A stretch of DNA of 41,887 nt, taken from positions 1 through 41,887 of the forward strand of contig JAKAIL010000003.1 of NCBI GenBank assembly GCA_021825235.1, written 5' to 3'. Made by a program: the position numbers and the translations under genes. Of this stretch, positions 27,093-36,024 are shown piece after piece. The notes under the pieces were generated by a model that made no database searches, had not been told where the DNA came from, and saw nothing but the letters and a program-made list of their open reading frames with translations. This DNA comes from Bacteroidota bacterium (GTDB lineage Bacteria > Bacteroidota > Ignavibacteria > Palsa-1295). Within the stretch, counting starts at the first letter, position 1. Each line of letters starts with the position of its first letter.

Positions 27093-28535
27093 TTACTTTT
27101 TCAGGCTCTGTAGGAACGCTACGAGCTCATGGAATTCGCTATCGGAAACATCGACGGGGTCCATACCGGCATCGCTGGCCTTTTTGGTCGGATGAAGTAG
27201 GCGATCGACCAGCGTATCGGGTCCGAGTTTGTCCGCGGCGCCAAGAAGCGCTGGGGCTTTATCGGTTCCCTCACCATTCTCGCCGTGGCATTGGTCGCAC
27301 GAGTTATCCAGAAAAACGCCTTTACCGGCTTTTGCCGCCGGACTCAACGCGGCGGCAGCATTGGCAGTGGAACCACCAACCACTTCCGGCACAAACGGGG
27401 AAGTCATAAACGCGTTCGCGAGAGAATCCTGCTTGGTAATCTGTTTTGCAACTGAGGGATCGTTCGTATCCTGATAGTTGCTTTGCCATCCAAGAAAGAG
27501 AAGCGCGCAAAATACGATCGCAAAGGAAAACGATGCGACGGGCCGCTTCCACGGTCGTCGTTCCAAGCGGCGATCCAGGAACGGTAACACCACAAGTATG
27601 AGTGCAATGATACCGGGGATCACCACAATGCCAATTACGGAATATGCACCGCTCCAATATTTCAGCCATTGGAACATCGGAAGGTAATACCACTCGGGCC
27701 GAGGAAGGAAGGACGTATCGGCGGGATTTGCCTTCGGCCCAAGACCTACCGGATAAAGGTAGGCGAGCAATCCAAGCGTGCCAATCAGGACCGTCGCAAA
27801 TGCGATATCCATCAGGACCTGCTTGGGGTAAAATTGCTCCGCCTTTTGCTGTGGCATAATCGGATGTTCGGAGACCGGTCCAGCGCTTCCGGCTTTGCGG
27901 AAGAGATAGACGTGAAGCCCCACGAAGAGGAAAATGCACGATGGAATCAGAAATACGTGAGCGACGAAGAAACGGGACAATGTAAGTGTTCCCATCTCCG
28001 TGCCACCCCGCAGGAGCTCCTTAATCCAGTTCCCAACGAGCGGTACTTCGCCGGCAATGTTTGTCCCAACCGCCGTAGCGAAATAGGCTTTCTGGTCCCA
28101 GGGAAGTAAATAACCGGTGAATGCCATGAGGATCACCAGGCCAAACAGTCCCAAACCTGAAAGCCATAGAATTTCCCGACGCCCTTTGTAGGAGCCAAAG
28201 AAATACGTTTGCCCCATGTGGACGAGGAGCGTTACAACCATGGCACTCGAACCATACGAGTGCAGGCTCCGAAGGAACGATCCAGCAGTAACGACCTTCG
28301 TAATGTATTCGATCGTCGTATGGGCGTGATCGGCGCTCGCGACATAATACATCGCAAGAAAGACTCCGGTCACAATCTGCGAAAGCAGAATGTAAAGGAG
28401 TCCCGAGCCAAAGACGTACGACCACCGCGCGCCACCGGGGATTGGTTCATTCAGCGCTTCATCGGCCAGATGAAAGATTCCCGTTCGTTCATCGAGCCAG
28501 CGCATGAAGCGTAAGCTGCGTAAATGCTTTCTCAT
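27093..28535 (-). CDS. Cytochrome b (b + subunit IV) fused to a C-terminal monoheme cytochrome c
   Basis: RSLH...LLVH and AH-x14-H heme b ligands, FTGYLLPWDQ, PEWY Qo motif, C-terminal CDQCH. Confidence 0.93.
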   Translation of the reverse strand: MRKHLRSLRFMRWLDERTGIFHLADEALNEPIPGGARWSYVFGSGLLYILLSQIVTGVFLAMYYVASADHAHTTIEYITKVVTAGSFLRSLHSYGSSAMVVTLLVHMGQTYFFGSYKGRREILWLSGLGLFGLVILMAFTGYLLPWDQKAYFATAVGTNIAGEVPLVGNWIKELLRGGTEMGTLTLSRFFVAHVFLIPSCIFLFVGLHVYLFRKAGSAGPVSEHPIMPQQKAEQFYPKQVLMDIAFATVLIGTLGLLAYLYPVGLGPKANPADTSFLPRPEWYYLPMFQWLKYWSGAYSVIGIVVIPGIIALILVVLPFLDRRLERRPWKRPVASFSFAIVFCALLFLGWQSNYQDTNDPSVAKQITKQDSLANAFMTSPFVPEVVGGSTANAAAALSPAAKAGKGVFLDNSCDQCHGENGEGTDKAPALLGAADKLGPDTLVDRLLHPTKKASDAGMDPVDVSDSEFHELVAFLQSLKK

Positions 28536-29206
28536 GCCATCACCTCCTTCGTTTTGACGAGGTTACGGAATGATTGATAGCGCACCTTCAGATGACCCTC
28601 TTCGATTTTGGATTCGAGTGAATCCATATCTCGCGGCGGGGGCCCTGAAATCAGTTTGCCGGTTGCCGCAAACTTACCACCATGGCACGGGCATTTGAAT
28701 TGGTGATCGTCATCGACATACTTAACCGAGCAGCCCAAGTGTGGACAGACCGCCGTTAGCACCGCCGGTTGGCCGTCTGCGCCTTTGATTACGTACACCA
28801 CCTTTTCGGAATTGACTTTTCTCCAACCATCGAGTTGGGTAATCGAGATCGTCTTCTTTTGTGGTGTGCTCAGGTCACCCAAATCATCCACGGAACCCAG
28901 GTCGGTCCATTCCGTTTCCTGGGAAACCCGGAGCAGCGGATCGATCGCGAACCGAAACAGCGGTACGGAAAGCGCGCCTGCTACTCCCACGGTTCCGATT
29001 CCGAGGAACCATCCGAGGAACCGGCGCCGCGCCACAGACTCCGCCGCACCGAGCGTGCCACCGGCGGCCGTATGTTCGTGCCCGGAAGTCATCTCTAAAT
29101 GCGAAGCATCATGCGCCGAGCGCCCATTCGTTGGAATGGGCGCCCGTTGCTGGATTTCGTTGGATGACCGATTATCCGTTACTTCTTCTTTTGACTTTCG
29201 AGCCAT
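28532..29206 (-). CDS. Rieske [2Fe-2S] subunit (true start may be ATG 29092)
   Basis: ARRRFLG Tat motif plus TM helix; CPHLGC and CPCHGGKF boxes; GPPPR. Confidence 0.93.
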   Translation of the reverse strand: MARKSKEEVTDNRSSNEIQQRAPIPTNGRSAHDASHLEMTSGHEHTAAGGTLGAAESVARRRFLGWFLGIGTVGVAGALSVPLFRFAIDPLLRVSQETEWTDLGSVDDLGDLSTPQKKTISITQLDGWRKVNSEKVVYVIKGADGQPAVLTAVCPHLGCSVKYVDDDHQFKCPCHGGKFAATGKLISGPPPRDMDSLESKIEEGHLKVRYQSFRNLVKTKEVMA

Positions 29207-29520
29207 GCCGTCAGTGTGTTAAGTTCTTCATCGGAACCAGTGAACTTTTTCATGTGCTTTTTGCCATGCTGTTCCACTTCCTTGTGCAGCCACTGCTTCA
29301 TCCAGTCCTGCGTATGGCGGTCGCCAACGTCGGAAAGATCGGGTGGTGGATACTTCGCACCTTCCGGCGGCTCGCTGGTATGATGAATACCCTGCGAGGA
29401 GATCGAATGGCACTTGTTGCACCCGTTATCGAGGAAAAGGCTCTTTCCCGAATTGCTTTTGAGTGTGGCGCTCGTGAGTAAACCGGTCGCGAGCAAACCT
29501 AAGAATAGTGTTTTCTTCAT
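29179..29520 (-). CDS. Small periplasmic monoheme cytochrome c
   Basis: Signal peptide MKKTLFLGLLATGLL; CNKCH; PPDLSDVG; KKHMKKF. Confidence 0.9.
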   Translation of the reverse strand: MKKTLFLGLLATGLLTSATLKSNSGKSLFLDNGCNKCHSISSQGIHHTSEPPEGAKYPPPDLSDVGDRHTQDWMKQWLHKEVEQHGKKHMKKFTGSDEELNTLTAWLESQKKK

Positions 29521-29543
29521 CGAATTATTATCCTTCCTTTGAT

Positions 29544-30899
29544 TTATTGGAACCAACTGACACGCAGCGCAAAGGCATTATTCTGTGCTGTTCCCAGCAA
29601 GCTCTCTCCATTCGAAGTCGGAGTCTTTGTGCTCGTGGCAGCGTAGGAGGCGGTGAGCGAGAACCCATCGCCGAAATTATAGTCCACGTAGCCCGTAATC
29701 ACGTTAATGTTATCGATGCTGGCGTTCGAATTGTCTGGCGTTACTGCATCGTAGCGCGCGCCAACGCCGATGAGGTCCGTAACCGGATAATCGGCTTCGC
29801 CGAACCAGCCAGAGCTGCTGATATCCGGGCCATACGAGAAGGTTTTCAGAGCCCAGCTATTATCGGAACCGTGTTCATAGCCGCCTTCCAGAAGGACCTT
29901 CGCGACGGGAATCGGGTAACTCGCATAGATCGCATAGCGGCTGAATTTATTTTGCCAGAATTCCGAATCGACATTGGTCGAAGCAGAGCCCGTGTTAATG
30001 TCGGCGTTTCCAAGGTAGTACGCCGCGGAAATACCGCCACCATCCTCGGTCAGGATATAGTTGGCCCAAAACATATAGTCAAAGGAATTAGCGGAGGGGG
30101 CTTGCCCTGCACCGACGCCGGTCGGTTTACCGGCCACGGCTGCCGAAGGCTTTCCGCCGGCATAGGTATAACCACTCAGGACTTCCGCATGTACCGTCGC
30201 TTCACCGAAGACATATCCGAGATCGATTCCCATATTGGAACCAGTCAGTCCGGTGTACGTGGGCTTTACCCCGCCATTCTGATAATTATACAAGCTGATT
30301 GCATACCCCGAATTCATCTTCGGGCTGCCACTCCACCCACGATCGGAGCCGCCGTAGCCCATGAAGGTATTAAGCTTTCCAATGCGTGCCGAGAACCAGG
30401 AATCTTCGGTACCCGTGTAATAACCAACAGAAGCCGTCGAAACTTCGAGGCTGCCATTGGTGCTGAACCCGAGTTCCGATTCTGATGAGATATTCGGCGT
30501 TAGAGCGCCGAATATGGCATAGATAGAACCACCGGTGAAGGCCATGTTCATGTTGCTAACCGAGGGCGATCCGGATGCCGCCGCGGTTGCCGACGACTGA
30601 TTCACGGCAAAATTCAGCCTGCCCGCGAAGTAGTCCCCGATGTTATACGATGCTTGTTTCTGCCCGATTTCGTCCGGCATCCGGTAACCGGCTGCACGGA
30701 ATTTCCAGCCGAATTCGTTCAGTTTCGGAATTACGTCATGGCAGCTGCCGCAGCCAAGGCCGTACTTCCGCGCGAAATTAGGCATCGCGCTGGCCGTGTG
30801 TAGTATGGGAATTACGGGCGATGCCGAAATCGCGAAGAGTGCAAGCAGGAGCGCCATCACCCGTAGTGTCTGTTGGAGTTGTAAGCTATGAGAACGCAT
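29544..30899 (-). CDS. cyc2: Cyc2-like fused monoheme cytochrome-porin (copy B)
   Basis: AMPNFARKYGLGCGSCHDVIPKLNEFGWKFRAAGYRMP Cyc2 motif after the signal peptide; beta-barrel-like body ending ALRVSWFQ. Confidence 0.9.
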   Translation of the reverse strand: MRSHSLQLQQTLRVMALLLALFAISASPVIPILHTASAMPNFARKYGLGCGSCHDVIPKLNEFGWKFRAAGYRMPDEIGQKQASYNIGDYFAGRLNFAVNQSSATAAASGSPSVSNMNMAFTGGSIYAIFGALTPNISSESELGFSTNGSLEVSTASVGYYTGTEDSWFSARIGKLNTFMGYGGSDRGWSGSPKMNSGYAISLYNYQNGGVKPTYTGLTGSNMGIDLGYVFGEATVHAEVLSGYTYAGGKPSAAVAGKPTGVGAGQAPSANSFDYMFWANYILTEDGGGISAAYYLGNADINTGSASTNVDSEFWQNKFSRYAIYASYPIPVAKVLLEGGYEHGSDNSWALKTFSYGPDISSSGWFGEADYPVTDLIGVGARYDAVTPDNSNASIDNINVITGYVDYNFGDGFSLTASYAATSTKTPTSNGESLLGTAQNNAFALRVSWFQ

Positions 30900-31070
30900 A
30901 GTGTTTCTTTGGTTATGGTTGAAGTTCGAAGGCCAGGATCCGCTATCCGTGGTCCGGCGTGTGGCCAACAGTGTTCCGAAATTCGGAACCCCGCCCCGCA
31001 AACCGGAAGCAGCGTCGGCGATGCTCGGACTCTACGGACCTCGGGCTCCCGGCCTTTGAGGCGCTTGGCC

Positions 31071-31087
31071 TATCAAGCAGCATACCT
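31071..31087 (-). promoter_or_regulatory. Sigma54-like promoter of operon B
   Basis: Minus strand AGGTATGCTGCTTGATA versus GGGTATGCTGGTTGCTA of operon A. Confidence 0.6.
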
Positions 31088-31142
31088 ACCGGTACTATTT
31101 GCGGGAATTAAAGGATTTTGAGCACCCGGAAGATTTCAATCA

Positions 31143-31383
31143 GTTAAGTTTACTTACAGCGTTAATAAAATCTTTCACACACGTTTTATGAACCCGTAAA
31201 AACATTGCTATGCACGAGAACTATTTTCCAGAAACCGTAGGAATTAATAGTCAAATATTCTTACGCGCGAACGATCTAAAGGTGAATATTTCTTTTACAC
31301 ATCGTAGGGGTGCATTGCAATCGCTCCCTGTTTCATGCAAATTTCTTAACTGGGAATGAGAAAGACGCGCTAACAAATCTTAC
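31143..31383. promoter_or_regulatory. Array of GTAAG-N5-CTTAC-like boxes upstream of operon B
   Basis: GTTAAGTTTACTTAC 31143, GTCAAATATTCTTAC 31250, TGCAAATTTCTTAAC 31336, GCTAACAAATCTTAC 31369. Confidence 0.65.
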
Positions 31384-31515
31384 GGACTACGGACAGTGGA
31401 AAGTGGACAACGGATAGTGGATAATGGAAAGTACCGTGGACAACGGATAGTGGATAGTACCGCCTGAGTAGTCTCCATTATCCACTATCCACTATCCACT
31501 TTCCACTTTCCACTA
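31381..31515. repeat. Inverted arrays of degenerate 7-bp tandem repeats
   Basis: (AGTGGAT/AACGGAT/AGTGGAA)n followed by (TCCACTA/TCCACTT)n. Confidence 0.9.
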
Positions 31516-34500
31516 CTGAAACAGTTTCCGGAACTTCTCCCGCCATTCCGAGAAGATTTCGTAAATCGTCGGGATGACCACCAGCGTAAGGATCGTGGAC
31601 GTAATGACGCCGCCGATCACCGCACGGCCCAGCGGAGCCCGGAAATCCGCGCCTTCTCCCGCGCCGATAGCTACCGGGATCATGCCCGCGATCAGCGCAA
31701 GCGTCGTCATCATAATTGGACGCAACCGCACCCGGCCCGCCTCGATGAGCGCCTCCCGCAATGGCATACCTCCTTCGTGTTGCCATTTCGCAAAGTCGAT
31801 GAGAAGGATCGCGTTCTTCGCTACGATACCCATCAGAAGCATGATACCGATCAGCGCCATTACGTTCAGCGTATCGCCCGTGATGAGCAGCGCAAGCACC
31901 ACGCCGATCAGCGAGAGCGGAAGCGAAATCAGGATCGCAACCGGATCTAAGAACGAGCCGAATTGCACCACTAAGATCAGGTACATCAGCAATATCGCAA
32001 GACCAAGCGCCTCGAAGATCGCTACATAGAACTCCCCTTGTTGCTGCACCTGGCCGCCATTCGTTACCCGAATGCCCGGCGGTAGTTTTAGCTTCGCTAC
32101 CGCGCTATTGATATCCTGGGACACCTGCCCGAGCGAACGGCCCTGCGTATTGCACTCCACGTTGATGACCCGGTCCTGGTTCAAATGGTCTATCTCCGCT
32201 GGGCCAAGACCTTGCGTTATGTTCGCAATCTGCCCGAGTGGAACAATTCCTGCTCCGCCCGAACCGCCTGCCTGAGTGGGAGCGACCACCAAGGGAACTT
32301 GTGCCAGATTCGCGGCGGACTCCCGCGCTTCCGGAGCCAGCCGCACCGTCACATCACGCGTCTTGCCGGTCGGATCGACCCAGTCGCCCGTCTTCAGGCC
32401 GGCGAAGGCCGGAAGCAGCGATTGGGCGACCTGGCCCACCGTCAGCCCCATCGACCCAATCAGACCGCGACGCAAAGTGACTTCGATTTCCGGCTTTTGC
32501 CCTTTGGTCGAAAGCCCAATATCCGCCGTGCCGGGGACCTTCCGAATGGCGTCCTCGATCATCAGCGAAGCGTGCTCCATACTCGCTTCGTCCGAGCCCT
32601 GGACCTGTAGCTGCACTTCCTTTTGCGCGCCGCCGAACCCGCTGGAAAACACGTACGCGTCCACGCCGCCAATGGTCGCAAGCTGTTTGCGGAAGACTTC
32701 CGCGAGTTCCCATTGCGCCAGCGAGCGGTCCGCTTTCGGAATCAGCTTTACATAGATAGAGGCTTGCGTCACATCGCCGGAACCGGATGACGTGCCCAGC
32801 ATCGTCGTTTCGCTGCCAATCGTCGTGTACGTGTAGGCGACTTCCCGGTGGGCCCGCAGCAGGTTGGTAAGCTCCTGCGTCTTCGCCAGGGTATAGCCAA
32901 GGCTGGAACCCGGCGGTGCCTCCACCGAGATCGTGAGTTCCGAGCGGTCGCTGTTCGGAACGAAGCCGGAGCCGCCGTATTTGGCTTGCACGAAGAGCGC
33001 ACCGAAAAATGCAACCACGGCGATCACCACCATCCACCACCGATGGTCCAGCGCCCACGCGATAATGCCGCGATACCCATCCGCGGTCCGATTGAACCAG
33101 GTATTGAACGCATCCAGCCACGGATACATAATCCCGAGCACGCCTAAGCCAAGCAGCAGGTAACTTAGGAGGGGGGTGGCCAACCCGTACACAAGCCCGC
33201 CAAGCCCAAACAAGAAGGATGCAATGCCAAGTATGGTCGGGAGCGTTTTCCGGCGCGTGTGGACTACGGTATGGGGGTCCGGCCAGTAGGCCGAAAGCAT
33301 CGGGTCCAGCGAGAAGCTCACGAAGAGCGATACGAGCACCGCGCACGCTACGGTAAGCGCGAACGGCTTGAACCATTGGCCGGAAAGACCGCCCATGAAC
33401 GCGACTGGAACGAAAACGGCAACGATAGAAAACGTCGTTGCCGTTACCGCCAAACCGATTTCATTCGTTCCATTATGGGCGGCCGTCAGGTGGTCCTCGC
33501 CGAGTTCCACATGGCGCACGATGTTCTCGCGGACGACGATCGCATCGTCTATCAGAATCCCAATCGCGAGCGAAAGGCCCATGAGCGACATCGTGTTCAG
33601 CGTAAAGCCGGCCGCCAGCACCGCCATAAACGCTGCGAGAACAGAAACAGGCAAGGCGAGGCCGGTGATAACCGTCGAACGCCACGAATTCAGGAACAAG
33701 AAGACGACCAGCACCGTAAGCAACGCGCCTTCGAAGAGGGTCTCTTTTACGTTCTCCACCGAGCGCGTGACCTGAACGCCCTGGTCTTTCACAATATCGA
33801 GTGTGGTTCCCGGAGGTAGCGTCTTTTTAATGCCGGCAATAGCCGCGCGAACAGCATCTGCCACCGTAGCCGTGCTGGCGCCTTTCGCTTTGGTAATATC
33901 CAAGCCCACACACGCTTCGCCATTGAATAGCGCCATCGTTCGTGCCTCTTGCGCGGTATCCGCAACAGAGGCAACATCCTGCAAGCGAATGACTTGCCCG
34001 TTGCGCGTGGCAATCGGCACATAGTTGAAGTCGTTCGGATTTTCTATCCTTCCCTGAAGCCGAATGGACTGCTCTGTGAGTGGCGTTTGCAAGGAACCCA
34101 CCGGTGCCGCAAGGTTCTGCGCCTCGAGCGCCTGCACGACCTGCGCTACGCTCACTCCGTTCGCTTCCAAATCCCTGGGGCGGACATTTACCGCGATCTC
34201 GCGATTGACGGCCCCTTCAATGGCGACCTGCGCGACTCCATCGATGGCCGAAAGAGCTTTCTTGATTTCCGGATCGGCAAGCGATGTTAAATCTGCCGGC
34301 GTCATACCGGGCGAACGCAGCACGAGCGAAACAATCGGCAATTGGTCCGGATCGAATTTCTCGAGGATCGGCGGCTTCATCTCCGTCGGCAGGTCATTCT
34401 GGATGGTCGAGATGGCATCCCGTACATCCGCCATCGCTTCGTCGGGATTCTTCGAAAAGACGAATTGGATTGTGATTAGCCCAAAGCCATCGAGCGATTG

Positions 34501-34746
34501 CGAGGTCATTTTATCGAGGCCGCTTATGGATCCAAATGCCTCTTCCATACGGTCCACGACTTCGCGTTCCACCTGCTCCGGCGAGGCGCCCGGATAGGGG
34601 ACGGCAACGACCACAATGGGGTTTGTAATGTCCGGGAACTCGTCTATTTGCAGATTTGCAAGGGCAAACAGTCCAAAGATGACCAGCGCAATCATCGTTA
34701 CCACCGTAACGACGGGTCGCTTGATCGCAAAATCGGAAATAAACAA
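31513..34746 (-). CDS. RND efflux permease (AcrB/MdtC-like)
   Basis: FISDFAIKRPV, GILIDDAIVVRENI, IVAKNAILLIDF, RLRPIMMTT; 1077 aa. Confidence 0.95.
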   Translation of the reverse strand: MFISDFAIKRPVVTVVTMIALVIFGLFALANLQIDEFPDITNPIVVVAVPYPGASPEQVEREVVDRMEEAFGSISGLDKMTSQSLDGFGLITIQFVFSKNPDEAMADVRDAISTIQNDLPTEMKPPILEKFDPDQLPIVSLVLRSPGMTPADLTSLADPEIKKALSAIDGVAQVAIEGAVNREIAVNVRPRDLEANGVSVAQVVQALEAQNLAAPVGSLQTPLTEQSIRLQGRIENPNDFNYVPIATRNGQVIRLQDVASVADTAQEARTMALFNGEACVGLDITKAKGASTATVADAVRAAIAGIKKTLPPGTTLDIVKDQGVQVTRSVENVKETLFEGALLTVLVVFLFLNSWRSTVITGLALPVSVLAAFMAVLAAGFTLNTMSLMGLSLAIGILIDDAIVVRENIVRHVELGEDHLTAAHNGTNEIGLAVTATTFSIVAVFVPVAFMGGLSGQWFKPFALTVACAVLVSLFVSFSLDPMLSAYWPDPHTVVHTRRKTLPTILGIASFLFGLGGLVYGLATPLLSYLLLGLGVLGIMYPWLDAFNTWFNRTADGYRGIIAWALDHRWWMVVIAVVAFFGALFVQAKYGGSGFVPNSDRSELTISVEAPPGSSLGYTLAKTQELTNLLRAHREVAYTYTTIGSETTMLGTSSGSGDVTQASIYVKLIPKADRSLAQWELAEVFRKQLATIGGVDAYVFSSGFGGAQKEVQLQVQGSDEASMEHASLMIEDAIRKVPGTADIGLSTKGQKPEIEVTLRRGLIGSMGLTVGQVAQSLLPAFAGLKTGDWVDPTGKTRDVTVRLAPEARESAANLAQVPLVVAPTQAGGSGGAGIVPLGQIANITQGLGPAEIDHLNQDRVINVECNTQGRSLGQVSQDINSAVAKLKLPPGIRVTNGGQVQQQGEFYVAIFEALGLAILLMYLILVVQFGSFLDPVAILISLPLSLIGVVLALLITGDTLNVMALIGIMLLMGIVAKNAILLIDFAKWQHEGGMPLREALIEAGRVRLRPIMMTTLALIAGMIPVAIGAGEGADFRAPLGRAVIGGVITSTILTLVVIPTIYEIFSEWREKFRKLFQ

Positions 34747-34791
34747 GTGCGGTCCCTAAGTGCTAAAGTACTGAGTGCTGAAGTGGCCCTA

Positions 34792-36024
34792 CTATTTTGC
34801 CGGTGGTGCGTTGGGCGGAGTCTGGGGCGTATCGGTGATAGTCTTCACTTTAGATCCCAGCGCAATATCCATGGCTGCGCCGCGAAGAACGGTATCGCCG
34901 GTGGAAACTCCGGAAGTAACTTCGATAAGATTATCTTTGGTATCCAGCGTCCCCAGAGTAATAAGCACGCGTTCCACCACCCCGCCTTTTACTCGCATGA
35001 CGGCCGGTGTAATGGTTCGGTGGTCAATCGCGTCCGTTGGTAAGGCGAGGGCGTTTTTCACGCTACTGGCTATGCGGCCTTCGGCATACAGCCCACCGAC
35101 CAGCGTTTTGCCGGTGTTCGGAATGTCCGCATAAATTCTCACCTGCCGCGTCACCGGATCGGCGGTCGGATTGATCCGCGCAACCACGCCCTGGAATTTG
35201 CGACCGGGATAGCCCGTAATATCGAATTGAACAGGTAATCCTATATGGACCACTTCCAAGGCATCCGCCGGAACGGTTCCCTGCAACTCGAGCGTCGAAG
35301 GATCGACGATGGTATATAACTGGGTGCCTTGCTGGACCACATCTCCGACGGAAACGCTTTTTTCGCTCACAATTCCCGAGAACGGAGCTCGGACCGTGGC
35401 ATATCCCAGTTGTTTCTCTGCACTCGCCAAAGCAGCGATTGCCTGTGCCACGCCCGCCTGTGCGGCGACTGTTGCTTTTCGAGCTTCATCCACACTCTGC
35501 TGCGAAATCGCTCCGGCCTTCAGCAGTGTTTCCTGGCGTTCCTGTTCGCGCTGAGCTACGTCCAAAGCGCTCTTAGCGTTCGTGACTCCGTTTTTGGCGC
35601 TGGTCACTGCATCGGTGAGTGCGCTATTGTCGATGGTGGCGATTACTTGTCCTTCTCGAACCGGGGAACCCTGATCGACCATCGTTCGCAGGACCGACCC
35701 CGAAATCTGCGCGCGGACGACGGCCTGATCGCGTGGAACTAACGTGCCGCTAATCACGGGCCCGCTTTCGATTTGCTGCACGTGCGCCACGACGTAACTT
35801 TCCGGTCCAAGCTCCATCGCCGGCGGCGGGCCTGCTGGAGGCGCCTTATGACAGGACGCAACGAAAAAGGTGGCAAGGGCGAGGAACGCGAACCTATATA
35901 GGGACGGACGGACTTTGGGCCTATGCGCGCCTTCCCCACTCTTCTCCTCCCGCGAGCGGGGGGACAGAGGAGGGTAAGACACCTGCGTATCGTAATTCGT
36001 CATTCGAAAATGGTTATTGATCAT
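34792..36024 (-). CDS. RND membrane fusion (periplasmic adaptor) lipoprotein
   Basis: FVASC lipobox; VRAQISG.V...VDQG..V..GQ, VRAPFSG.V, INPTADPVTR; ATGA-coupled to tolC. Confidence 0.92.
   Translation of the reverse strand: MINNHFRMTNYDTQVSYPPLSPRSREEKSGEGAHRPKVRPSLYRFAFLALATFFVASCHKAPPAGPPPAMELGPESYVVAHVQQIESGPVISGTLVPRDQAVVRAQISGSVLRTMVDQGSPVREGQVIATIDNSALTDAVTSAKNGVTNAKSALDVAQREQERQETLLKAGAISQQSVDEARKATVAAQAGVAQAIAALASAEKQLGYATVRAPFSGIVSEKSVSVGDVVQQGTQLYTIVDPSTLELQGTVPADALEVVHIGLPVQFDITGYPGRKFQGVVARINPTADPVTRQVRIYADIPNTGKTLVGGLYAEGRIASSVKNALALPTDAIDHRTITPAVMRVKGGVVERVLITLGTLDTKDNLIEVTSGVSTGDTVLRGAAMDIALGSKVKTITDTPQTPPNAPPAK

Noticed and set aside
31381-31515. CRISPR array or coding ORF 31478-31786
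   Set aside because: Contiguous 7-bp degenerate repeats without spacers; the ORF is an alternate frame of the RND gene
29508-33376. Long shadow ORFs (e.g. 29508-30485 +, 32354-33376 -; also 8501-9355 +)
   Set aside because: Antisense or alternate-frame to well-supported genes in GC-rich DNA; no motifs
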